Shown: positions 48,927-60,831 of the stretch, piece after piece
Position numbering within the stretch: position 1 is the stretch's first letter
Layout of the letters: the number at the start of each line of letters is the position of its first letter
Assembly (NCBI GenBank): GCA_021613535.1
Contig: CP075493.1
Coordinates: 17,546,001-17,610,000, forward strand
Length of the DNA: 64,000 nucleotides
Source of the DNA: Adineta vaga
Lineage: Eukaryota > Animalia > Rotifera
Direction: 5' to 3'
The notes under the pieces: model-generated
What the model was told of the DNA's origin: nothing
The model's input: the letters and a program-made list of their open reading frames with translations, nothing else
Databases searched by the model: none
Made by a program: the position numbers and the translations under genes

Positions 48927-51900
48927 ATGAATACACAATGCGTTTTTTGCACTATGATGTGTGCGAGTTATTGTTGCTCACAATGTAATCAAATGAGTCG
49001 TGGTTTAAAATTTGAACGTTTACTTCAACGTCTAGAAACATGTTCTAATAGTGTCATGTACCGGGATGAAATCAATTCTCTTGCACAACGATTTAAACAG
49101 GTGAGTTCATTTGAACAATCATCAAATTAAAAAAAAATGAAAATATTGTAGATGGATTCAATTATGAAACCATTTCAGTTTTATCCCACTTATGTCTTTG
49201 ACAAAACAAAACATGTAGTAGACGTAGTCGCTAAGGAATATCTTGAAAAGGCGACTGCTGATATACATCATCTTGTTCCTGCTGATGTTTCTGGTGATGG
49301 AAACTGCTTATATCATTCTATTGTTCTTTTGATGAACAATCCATTAGTGACGGCTAGTGAATTGCGAGGTATAAATTCTTTTTCTTGATGCTATCCTATA
49401 TTAAGATTTAAAAACTATATTTAGTTCGAACTGTTATTGAACTTATAACTAATGAAAACCACTACGATAGCATGTATGCACAATATGCAGGAAATACCGA
49501 TATTATTATTCAAGCAGCTTGCAAAAAGGGAATGTATTCGGAAATACATGAAGTTGCTGCATTATGCAATGTACTACAATGCAACATACGAAGTGTTTAT
49601 CCAAGAATTGATTTTGAATATTATAAAGCAATTTGGGATAGCGTCTTCACACATATTCCACCTGTTATTGGCAATTGTAATATTGCAGTTTTATGGTCAA
49701 GTACTTTGCATGAAAAAGATGCTCGAGAAACGTATAATGGTTTATGGAGACCAAATCATTTTGTACCACTTCTGTCGCCACCTATTCTTAATGAAGTCAA
49801 CAGTCAATCAATATCACTCGTTGTGGTAAGTTAGCAATTTGTAAGTAGAGAAATAAAATATTGAAACTTTTTTAGACTCCCGAAAAGAGAACGTTCAAGA
49901 ACAATACTGTTACTCAAATAAGAATACCTGAATTTCAATCTTCTCCTAGTAGACGACTACGAAATGAAAATAACGTCGGCAATGATTTCATCCAAGCGGA
50001 CGTTTCAATTTCAATGAAAACGGAAAAGAACGATAAGGAAGAAAGACGTCAAGTTCAACTTCAGAAGAAAAGAGAACGAAGCCGGTCTAGTCGAACAAAC
50101 GAAACAGCACAGCAACGAGAAATTCGTCTTCAAAAGCAAAGAGAACGGACTCAAACCAATAGAATGATTGAAACAGAAGAACAGCAGAAAATCCGACTCA
50201 AGAAAATGAGTGAAAGAAATCAATCGAGTCGAAAAAACGAATTAAAAAAGCAACGCCAAATTCGACTTGAACAACAAAAGAAACGAAGTCAAGCAAATAG
50301 AGCTGAAAAGAAACATGAAACTATTGGCGGCGGACAAGACTCTTTCCACTCACTCTGGCCTGAACCAATTTCTCGTGATTTAAAAGAAACTCGTTTGCAG
50401 CAATTTTTAGAAGAGATGTCTATGTCACAATTGGCTGAAGCGACTTGTGCAGTTTGTAACATTCGCACTTCAGCAAAAGATTCGAAGAAAATACCTATCT
50501 CAAAGATTCCTAATATGGATTTGTTAAAAGTTTCTGAAGATCTTATAACCCTAATTAAGGATTCAATGGAAAATACTGTCACTCACATTGATGACAGTAA
50601 TACACATACGACATCATTTGTTAAAAGTATGTAGAATTAATTTAATTCAAAAAATTTACAGATCTGTTTCCTTTTAGATCAGTCAAATTTTGATTCGTCA
50701 TCTTTTTACTGTGAAGATGATATCATCTTATACAAAAATGGTTTATTTCAAACAAACAAAACGAATATGTGTGTTCTTTGTCCCAAATGTCACAGTTCTC
50801 TCTCAAAAGAACGTATACCAAAGTTTTCAGCAGCAAATAATATGTGGTTAGGTGATATACCTAGCGAATTACAAGGATTAACGATTCCAGAAGAAAAATT
50901 AATCTCACTCTATCGTCACAATAGCTGTATAATCAAACTTCAATCGCCTTTCCATTCAACTACAACTGCTCAAACAGCATTGAAAGGAAATTGTATTACT
51001 TTTCTTCAAAATGTACCAAATATTGTCAATAGTTTGCCACTTACACTTACTGATCTATGTGATACACTTAAAGTAATTTTTATTGGAGCTCGACCACCTG
51101 ATCGTCTTCATCTTAAAAGAGTTCTAACAGTTCGTAAGAAGAAAATTATTCAAGCGTTACAATGGCTGAAAAAATATAATATACTTTATCAAAGCATCAA
51201 TATAAATCTCGAAAATATTGCTCAATTGCCAGAAGATGATGTACCAGATTGCATCATGTCAACTTTAGAACAAAAGATAAGTGATGAAGAAACTCCATCT
51301 GAAAGAACTGGATATGTTCCTGATCCATTATTAAATCCACAAGAATGTGCTACTTCGGATGTTATTCCTATTAGTAATAGGTAAGATTATTTAATAAATC
51401 AATCAATTTATATAGCTTCTCTGTTTTAGTGGTGTTCTCGATGTCAATGGTTCATCTGTATCATCCAATGAGATTGATAATTACTTTTTGAACAAAATAA
51501 AAAACAATGGAAATAATGACCAAACAGTTACCGAGAACGTCTACTTGATTCCACGTTCATCGAAACCAATCAATGAATATTTCAATCCAAAATTGTTAAC
51601 TGGTTTATATCCAACTTTATTCTGTTATGGACGAGGAGCACCTGAAGATCAATCACGTCCAATTGAAATTAAATTCAGAGAACATATACGTTATCTATTA
51701 TCTTATAATGATCGTCGTTTTGAAACAAATCATAGTTTCATATTCGTAGTCTTTAACTTATTACAACGACGTGATGCTTGCTTTCATGCTCAATTGATCG
51801 CAACAAAACCATATTTTCAAACATCTGCTAATGAAATTCAATCAATTAATAGCAAAGATATTGAAATGGCTCTTGATAACAATTCGAAACGAACATATAA

Positions 51901-54900
51901 TACAGAATCAAATGGTGCGTTAAACAAACTTTTACAACATATTAAAACTGTTGGTGGTCGAGTAATGGGATCAGCATATTCAAGAACAGCGTTACGTACT
52001 CGAATTCATGCACTTATTTTTAATCAAGGCCTACCTAGTATATTTCTTACATTAAACCCAGCTGATATTCATAGTCCTGTAGCATTATATTTTGCTGGTG
52101 TCCCACTCAATCTCGATAACATTCAAAGCGAACAACTTATGAGTGCATATAAAAGAGCTGAAATTATAGCATCTCATCCAGTTGCTACTGCCAAATTTTT
52201 CACGTATTAATTACCACTCTCTTAGATACTATGATAATGGGTGGTGTTCTTGGACCAGTAAAGGCTTATTTCGGCACTGTTGAAAATCAAGGCCGAGGTT
52301 CACTTCATTTACATATGCTTATTTGGCTTGATCATGATATGAAACCAGCTAATATGAAAGAAAAAATCCAAGATGCTACTTTTCGTAATAAGTTAAAAGC
52401 ATACTTAGAAGATATTATCAAAGAAGATTTAGATGATTTCAAAGATAAACAAGTCATCGAATCTTCCAGTGGTATGAATTATATTTTACTTATTCGATCA
52501 TTTCTCTTTTCTTTATTTATAATAGGACCGGAATCATTGGACACTCCTGATAAATCATCACAAACCAATATTTATACTGCGTTACGCACTATTGATTTGA
52601 CAGGCTTCGCAGAAAAAACATATCAATCACCTACTTTTTCAACACCAGCAAAGCAACATCTATCGTCTCCATCAATTCCTTACAGGTCTCCATTGATTCC
52701 ATTTGGATCACCTTCTATTCCTTATAGATCACCAGTACCGAGTCCATTGAGACAAACGCAAACACATGATCGATCTGTATCCGGTATGTAACAGTAGTTT
52801 TTAATAAAAATAAAATATTTATAAATATTTTTAGATATGGATGTTTCACATAATCCATTAAATTTACCTCCAGCCTGTTTATCAATTCCAAATCCTTCGT
52901 CACCTAATTTCATGTCACGATTTCGTGCTTTTGTCGTTCAGCTTGTTGAATGGTACAACACTCACAAACATAGTGACACATGTTTTAAATATTATGATCC
53001 TAATCGAGATGAACAAAAAAATTGTCGAATGAATATGCCACGAAAATTAGTATCAGACTCCACAATCGATCCAGATACAGGTCATATTTCAATGCGACGA
53101 TCACATCCATGGATCAATAATTTCAATGAATATCTTATATCAGCTTGTCGTTCCAATATGGATATTAAATTTATATGGACTGGTAATGATGCTAAAGCTT
53201 TAGTCTATTATATTACCGACTACGTTACGAAGATGAGTCTATCTTTTCATGATACATTTTCTCTCGTACAAAAGAGTGTCGCATCATTACAAAATTCAAA
53301 CAATCAGTTGGATAATGAAAATGTAATCGAAAAATCGCGTAAACTCGTTTTGCGTTGTTACAATGCACTTGCTTCACAACAAGAACTGTCTGGTGTTCAA
53401 GTTGCATCTTATCTTATGAATTTCGAAGATCATTATACGACACATAAATTTCAGGGTCTTTATTTAATTCAAACTGAACGATATTTACAAACTGAACTGA
53501 ACGAAATTCGTGCAAAGCAAAATCTTCCATTAGCATCACACGGTAAACTTAATTAACTCATTTCATACATTTAATTTTCAATTGACACTCATGCAATGAC
53601 AATCTTTTTTTTATATGTACAGCGTGAGATACAGATAGAGAGAAGAAGGAGAAAATAGGGAGGAGAGAGAAGAGAAAATAAAGAGGGAGAGAGAGGAAAA
53701 AAAATAGAGAGGAAGAAAAATAAATCACGATAGACACAATATGAACAGCAAGAAAGTTGACCTATGAAGATCAATTAACAGCAGTCGTACATTTAAAGAG
53801 AGGGATGAAAGAGGAATGATGAAAAAGAAGGATAACACGGAATATATAAACAATCTGTGAGAAGTTAAACAAAAAGAAACAATCAGCTTGATATACTTAT
53901 CACACAGAGAGCATTAATGATGAATAAAAAAGTGTGAACATAACTGATGCATTACATCACAATGAGTGTCATTTAGTGGAATTAGATTAGTATAACTTCG
54001 ATAATATTTTACATGAGAGTTAATCAGCCAGTTGAATTATTCGGATATAATTTCTTATTGATATGTGAAAAGATGAAACAGTTCATTCATGATGATTAAA
54101 AAAAATGTATGTGTTTTTTTTCCACATATAGATGTAATTGACGATGAAGATGTGTGTGATAATGAAACAGTTAATGATGAAAATAATGATGAAGAACATT
54201 TTCAAGTTCAATCAACGGAAGATAAAAACAATTTTATACTTGTTAATACACGCATTGATTATCAATATCGTTCCGACAAGCTTAATAACATATGTTTATA
54301 TGATTATGTCAGTACGTTTTATAAGAAAAAAATCAATGAAACAGATTTAAAATATTTATCAAAGTCTTCTTCAACAGAAAAACAACAAAATAATCAAAGA
54401 GGTCGACCATCTAATGAACGTTTTTCTTTTCAAAAAGAACATCCTCAAGCAACAACACATATATTGATGAAATATAGTGAACTTCATGTACCCGTTCTTT
54501 ACGGCCCACAAGTTCCTCGACAAGATCGTGATGATACTCGGGAACGATACAATCGAGCACTTCTCACTCTCTTTGTACCATGGCGCAATGCAATTGATCT
54601 ATGTGACGTCAACCAAACATGGGAAGATGCATTTGAATCTCGAAAAAATCTTATTTCTGCTTATTCATGCAAAATTATAGAAAATATTCAGCTTTTACAT
54701 GAATGTAAAAAAGATCGTGATGAACATCTCCTCCAAGTTATTGCTAAAGCACAAGCCGGTAATGACTCAATTGATCCTGTATTGTTACCATCAAATCAAG
54801 ATGCTAATGGTGAATACGAAGCAGATGATATCGACGACTTAATTCAATTGATAGGCAGCGTAGATGAATTAACAGCTGCTGCAATTAATGCCACGAAAAA

Positions 54901-57069
54901 ATCAACAGAAAATGTATATATTCGAGAAACGATCGAAGCTGTGGAAAAGGTTGGGCGGTTCAATCATATGAATCGTAAGTGTTAATTGTTCTATCATTCA
55001 TATCATTTAGAAAAAAATATAAATTGTTTTAGAACATAATCAACATTCTTCAGATACAGTCACTGATCGACAAATTGTGCCGTTTGTTTCTGCAACATCT
55101 AACCTCATTAAACTCAATTCAAAATGGCAAGATCAGTTGAAGATTGAAAAAGAACGAATTAGACGCAGTTTAATTTCGGGCAAACATAACAACGATGATG
55201 ATGTTTTGGATTTTAATGATGCAACTGATGCCGTTGTAACAGTTATCAATCCACATAGCAATCAAAATAATTTTGAAAAAAATACATCAATTCCTCCGGT
55301 ACTCGTAGTTAAAAACAATTTCTCAATTCAAAATAGCATCATTGGTGAATTTACATTGAACAAAGAGCAAAGAGCTGCATTCTTGATAATAACAAGTCAT
55401 CTTGATGGTGACAATCGATGTCGCACAGGTACTTTCATAAATTAAATCCTTATTTCTTCGACCAAATAATATATTTTAGGTGATAATAATGGTCAACTCA
55501 TAATGTGTGTACCTGGATGTGGTGGAACGGGCAAATCACAATTAATTCGTGCTCTCACCAAATATTTTATTGTCACAAAAAGAATGCAAATGATGCGAAA
55601 ACTTGCACCCACTGGAATTGCAGCAGCTGAAATTGATGGTATGACAATTCATTCATTTTTAGGTGAACAACGTAATTCAGGAAAGCCACGTACCATTAAA
55701 CCAGGTGATTCCAAACTTGAAAAAGAATGGAGACCTGTTGAATATCTCTTAATTGATGAGATGAGTATGGTTGGCTTAACTTTATTAGGAAAACTTAACA
55801 GAATTATTTGTTCTGCCAAACATGTCGATCCTCAAGTTCCATTTGGTGGTGTGAACGTAATCTTCTTTGGTGATTATTTACAATATCGACCGGTATATGA
55901 TTCACCATTACACACCGATTTTTCATTACCATCCAAAAACAAAAAAAACAAGGTACCATCCGAAAAAGAAATTCAACAACGTGTTGCACGTTCTTTAATT
56001 CTTCAAATTAATTGTGTGGTGAAACTTACACAACAGATGCGAACAGAAGATTTACGATATCTTCAACTGCTCGATCGGCTTCGTCATGGACAATGCAATC
56101 ATGACGATTATGAATTATTAAAAACACGAGTTGTTGGACAATCATCAATAGAATCTCTACATGATTCACCATGGAACAAAGTAAATCAACTTTTTCATAT
56201 AAAGAAAAAAATTATTTTTGTCTTTTCAGGCTCCCATTCTTGTGTTCCGAAATGAAGTTCGCACACAATTAAACAACAAGGCAGCAATTCACAATGCGAC
56301 ACAAATAGGGCATCCACCAATGGTATGTGTTGCTCAAGATACGTGCAAAGGCAAACCAATCGAAGATCCAATATTACTTAAAAAACTATTAGAATTATCT
56401 GATAGCAAGACAGAACATTTACCTGGTCTTTTGCCTTTTGTACCAGGAATGCCTGTTATTTTAACGCAAAATATTGCTACTGAACTAGGTCTTATCAATG
56501 GTATTAATGGAATCTTTCGACAATTAGTATACCATGAAGAATCGATATCAACAGAAAATTTATCGCAAATGTTTCCAAACAATACACAATACATTCGTCG
56601 ACCAATATATGCTTTAATCGAAATTACTAAGTCTAAGATCGAATGCAAACTTCAAGATCTTCAACCAAAACTTATTCCAATTCCGTTAGTAGACCAAACA
56701 TTTCGTGTCGATATTGCTGATATTCTTCCAAAAGACAAGAAACCAAAATCAAACCAAAAGACAATTTTATCAATTAAACGATCTGCATTACCACTTGTAC
56801 CTGCTTATTGTATTACAACACATAAAAGTCAAGGTCAAACATTGAACAAAGTCGTTGTTGATTTAAAATTGCCAAATGAAACTGATGATATTGCAGCAGT
56901 ATATGTGCCACTATCTCGTGTGAAACGTTTAGCTGATCTAGCTATTCTGCGGCCATTCGATTATAAAGTTTTACTTATCAAACCAAGTAAATCGCAAGTT
57001 ACTGAAATAGGAAGACTTGATAAACTGTATATGAACACACGATTACGTTTCCCGGAATGGTTTCAATAA
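48927..57069 (+). CDS. Helitron RepHel polyprotein: Cys-rich N-terminus, OTU-like protease, STPR-like repeats, Zn finger, HUH Rep, PIF1 helicase; multi-exon, one 1-nt frameshift at ~52200
   Basis: DVSGDGNCLYHS...NHFVPL (OTU), ETEEQQKIRL repeats, CAVC/LCPKC, PKFSAANNMWLG, LPSIFLTLNPAD, VENQGRGSLHLHMLIW (HUH), YITDYVTK (YxxxY), GCGGTGKS, IDEMSMV, FGDYLQYRPV, QMRT, HKSQGQTL, YVPLSRV. ORFs are separated by short GT-AG introns. Confidence 0.93.
53557..54019. mobile_element. Putative TTAA-flanked MITE inside a RepHel intron
   Basis: TTAA|CTC...GAG|TTAA ends, subterminal inverted TGACACTCAT / ATGAGTGTCA, purine-rich core. It makes this intron ~590 bp, against ~55 bp for the others. Confidence 0.5.
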
Positions 57070-57561
57070 GTCCTATACATAATAACACAAATCTTATTAT
57101 TTCTGTATAGCTGTACTATGAACAATTTGCATTTTTCGTATGCTTCTCTTATCTTTCATAAATTCATGAAATTTCTATACTTAAATGTTCTTCAAATTAG
57201 ATTTTGTTTTTCTTGTTTTGATTATGCTGTGCATGATTTGGTAGATTATGTGCTTTTTGTGTTCGTTCTTATTTGTTTCAATTTAATGTAAAATAAATTT
57301 CTGCTATGTAGTTGCTTAAGAAAGTTCTTGAATAAATCTTTTCAGTTGTTATATAAATTCGAATATTATTTGAATTTGCTGCAAAACAACTTGCAGGATG
57401 ACAAGCTAACAAAACAGAGTTCGAACGATTATATAACAAGACAATTCAAATTATTACGAATGATTTAAGCAACAGAAAATATTATTCAATGCGTGTCATT
57501 CAGTCGAGGGCTAAGCGAGTCTGCCTCGACGAGCGTTATTTATTAAAATTTACCTAGATAT

Positions 57562-57630
57562 TTGAGTTGGAGGGTGAGGGCGGGATAACACTTAATGGAA
57601 TATTCATCCTCATTCATTCTCACACGCTCA
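57562..57630. repeat. Degenerate telomeric palindrome TP19
   Basis: TTGAGTTGGAGGGTGAGGGCGGG...CATCCTCATTCATTCTCACACGCTCA. Confidence 0.55.
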
Positions 57631-57787
57631 TCTAAATCTTCAATATAAATTCTTAATGAATAATTTGGAGTCAAAAACTATATAGAAAGTACAATTTCTA
57701 AAAATGATTCTTGTTTATTGAATAAAAAGACTTTTGATAAAGAAAAAAAATGACTACAAAACGGTTCAGTAATTATTTCTTTTCCCT

Positions 57788-58009
57788 CTAGTTGGAATGA
57801 GATGCACCAAACTCTTTCTCGGCTTTAGCATTAGTTGGATATTTATGATCTTGTTGACCTTCTTTTTGGGCTTTATGCGATTCAGGTATATGTCCATCTC
57901 TATTACTTGATCCTGGACTGCTACTTCTCGTTTTGTTTCTGGCATCTGCCTCGTTTTTGCATGGAATGTTATATATCATGGGTTTCCCATTGAGTCCAGG
58001 TTTACTCAT
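57788..58009 (-). CDS. Small (73 aa) hydrophilic, His-containing hypothetical protein
   Basis: ATG in an AAAATG context, with an upstream 5'-UTR intron-like GTAAGT and coding-like composition in AT-rich surroundings. Confidence 0.4.
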   Translation of the reverse strand: MSKPGLNGKPMIYNIPCKNEADARNKTRSSSPGSSNRDGHIPESHKAQKEGQQDHKYPTNAKAEKEFGASHSN

Positions 58010-58379
58010 TTTTAAATAAATGAAGTGACAAATTTACAATAAAATAAAACAAACTACTAATACTATACTTACAATACAATATATTCAAGTTGATTGTGAG
58101 TGTAAAGAGAAGAATCAATGTGACTGTATTTATACTCTATCATGTCAGCTAAGTTTTTTCTCACTAAACGATTGCGTATATCTATGAAGTAAGTAATTGT
58201 AATATTCCATGCATGCCACGATAAGACAGACGAACATAGCCAAATATTTTGTTGATAATTTCCAACTACCGAAAGTATTTATTTTTCGTTCTGTTTTTAT
58301 CTTCATATGATATAACACAAAAACTATAATACTGGTTGATACATTACGTCACAAGAATACGTTAGAAGATTTACATCTC

Positions 58380-58590
58380 ACTCATGAAACACTCTTTAGC
58401 TCATGCGTTAACTGTCTAATAATAATATTTTGAAGAATCTTGTACTTGGTTCGAATAAAGTCACAGACCAAGATATAGAATATCAGTTACTGCGTATTGG
58501 ATTATTTAACAATGAAATTAATGATCGAAGAATTCGACTATTATGTAAAGTACTCAGTACACATAATAATACTCTTCAAAATTTATGTTT
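58380..58590 (+). pseudogene. Ribonuclease-inhibitor-type LRR fragment
   Basis: LKNLVLGSNKVTDQDIEY and LGLFNNEINDRRIRLLCKVLSTHNNTLQNLCL; cut at a TTAA by the next element. Confidence 0.6.
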
Positions 58591-58592
58591 AA

Positions 58593-58782
58593 GGGGACCC
58601 CCCCCCTCAGGAACGATTCCCCACTTAGGATGATCCGTTCGGGCTGAAATTTTTAGGAACGAGTGATCTTAGTGAGATATACTTCTGGTAAAAATTTGAG
58701 CCCGATCGGTCTTATTAATCGGATTTACAGCTCATTTATAGGTCATTTTTGGCCTCTAGGAAAGTTGCTATAACTTGGTCAC
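58593..58782 (+). mobile_element. Left end of a TTAA-targeting Kolobok-like non-autonomous element, truncated by TP20
   Basis: TTAA|GGGGACCCCC start and an internal inverted pair TCGGGCTGAAATTTTT / AAAAATTTGAGCCCGA. Confidence 0.5.
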
Positions 58783-58917
58783 GGTGTGAGCTGGGTGTGG
58801 GTGGGTGGGTGAGGGTGTTGGTGGGGGTGGGTGTGGGTGTGGGTGTGGGTGGGTGGGTGTGGGTTGAGAAAAGAGTTTTAACCACACCCTCACCCACACC
58901 CACCCACACCCACACCC
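58783..58917. repeat. Telomeric palindrome TP20
   Basis: (GGGTGT/GGGT)n, spacer TGAGAAAAGAGTTTTAA, then CCACACCCTCACCCACACCC... Confidence 0.9.
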
Positions 58918-59120
58918 ATGCCTATACTATAATGAGTTCCGTTTGAGATGATTGTCTCTACGCTTGAACCAGTAGCTGGTTATACAAAAATGCATGGAGA
59001 GTAATATGAGATAAGTGAGAAAAATTGAAGGCTCTGGCTGAGAGTCCAAAGCAGACAAGCAACAGGGGCTATCGCTTATGATCTGCACATTCGAAGGATT
59101 TTATTTATATTGTAATCTAA

Positions 59121-59325
59121 AGGGTGTGGGTGAGGGTGTGGGTGGGTGTGGGTGTGGGTGGGGTGGGTGTGGGTTTTGGATACATTTAGTACCCACATCC
59201 ACACCCACCCTCACCCACACCGACACCCTCACCCACACCCACACTCACACCCACCCACACCCACACCCACCCACACCCACCCACACCCACACCCTCACCC
59301 ACACCCACCCACACCCACACCCTCA
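59121..59325. repeat. Telomeric palindrome TP21
   Basis: AGGGTGTGGGTGAGGG..., spacer TTTGGATACATTTAGT, then (ACCCAC)n CCCTCA. Confidence 0.92.
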
Positions 59326-59898
59326 ATCAAGAAACCTCACTGTATTGTACATTACAACAAAAATATGGGAGCAGTGGATCAAGTGAACATGCAAACCAGT
59401 TTCTCAGAATGTCTAAGAAAAACAATCAAATGGTACAAGAAATTGTTTTTCCATTTATTTGATATCACTGTGCAGAACTCTTATGCCATGTACAAGATGA
59501 AAACCCACAAAAATCTCGAGCTTTCGGAATTTCGTCTTGAATTTGCTCGAGAACTCATTGATGAATATGGATCAATGCGGCCACAGACGAAAGGAAGACC
59601 ACCGATCGATTGTCCACTACGCCTCTCTGCTCGTCATTTCATCGCTTTTATTCCTGGCACTAATGTCAAGAAACGCTGTTTCGTCTGCAGTCATTCAGTC
59701 AAGCGGGAAAAAAAGCGGAGTGTTACAAGGTTTTATTGCTCGGATTGTGATGTTCCACTCTGCAATCCCAATTGTTTCAAAGAATATCACACTTTGAAAG
59801 CTTTTTGATACTCTTTTTGGTGCATCTGACAAAAATAAAGCATTTTTAAAAAGTTTAAAACTGTAATTTTTCCTCAAAATATGCCGGTCCTGAAAAGC
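59326..59898 (+). mobile_element. 3' fragment of a piggyBac transposon (transposase C-terminus plus right TIR)
   Basis: KPHCIVHYNKNMGAVDQ...KWYKKLFFHLFDITVQNSY, then the C-terminal Cys-rich domain RCFVC...FYCSDCDVPLCNPNCFKEYH; stop at 59808. Degenerate TIR CCGGTCCTGAAAAGC|TTAA at 59884-59902. Confidence 0.9.
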
Positions 59899-60313
59899 TT
59901 AATTATCATTTACATATACACACATACTTTCAGGATTGATAGAGTTATGAACTATGATGTAAAACGAATAGAAATTATATTAAATGAATGTAACAAACAT
60001 TCTTATTCCTAAAATAAATTTAAAAAAAAAACAGAAAATTTTGTAAATTCCAAAAGATAAAAATATTCTCATTTATATGTTTTCTAAGGAAATTATTTTA
60101 TATTTTATTCTATTTGTTACAGTTTCTATCTTTTTCTTGTTTTCTCTCTCGATATATATATATGGGTGTGAAGATTGTAAAAGAGAGATTCGAATAAATA
60201 CGAACATAAGCTCGAAAGGAGCTAACATATTAGTGCCGTGACCCACTCTTCTTTATTTATTTCATCAAACAAGGGATAATTATTGGGGCTCATTAACTCA
60301 TCCATAACAGGAC

Positions 60314-60388
60314 AGGGTGTGGGTGTGGGTATATCGGTTTCACTCACATCTACACCTACACCCCTCACCCACCCACCCACACCCTCAA
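60314..60388. repeat. Telomeric palindrome TP23
   Basis: AGGGTGTGGGTGTGGGT, spacer starting ATATCGGTTT, then CACCCACCCACACCCTCAA. Confidence 0.88.
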
Positions 60389-60492
60389 TAGAATCAAAAT
60401 CTGATGGTGAATTTCTGGAAGATCATGGAATTCTGGAACAAAGAGCGCCAGTTTGTGAAGATGGTGCAATCAATCCTATCGATTGCTATCAA

Positions 60493-60570
60493 CATCTTGA
60501 GGGTGTGGTTGTGAGTATGAGTATGAGTATGAGTGTGGACTAGACAACAGAACCACTCCCACACCCTCAA
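60493..60570. repeat. Telomeric palindrome TP24
   Basis: CATCTTGAGGGTGTGGTTGTGAG(TATGAG)3TGTGG, spacer ACTAGACAACAGAA, then CCACTCCCACACCCTCAA. Confidence 0.88.
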
Positions 60571-60831
60571 TTCTGAATTTAAAAGATTCTTTTTCTAAAT
60601 ATAATGATTTATTGAAATAATTAAGAATAAAAATAAATAAGTTATAAATAAATTCGTTGGTAAATAAGTATACAAAAGAAAAGAACTACTATGACGCATT
60701 TGGATCTGGTTAAAGTTTTTGTCAGATAGATAATTAATCATGCATTATAAATTTGTTTTGAAAGCAAAACTCTATGAAGTAATATAAAATGAAAGAAATG
60801 TTTATGTAATTTTGAAAATGAGCATCAATCT

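Larger units (their letters stand above)
44546..57538 (+). mobile_element. Helentron/Helitron2-type rolling-circle transposon (~13 kb)
   Basis: Asymmetric subterminal inverted repeats CCCTCGACTGAA (44549-44560) and TTCAGTCGAGGG (57499-57510). 5' hairpin CCCTC...GAGGG and 3' hairpin GTCGAGG...CCTCGAC. T-rich flanks on both sides and an internal Rep-helicase gene. Confidence 0.88.
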
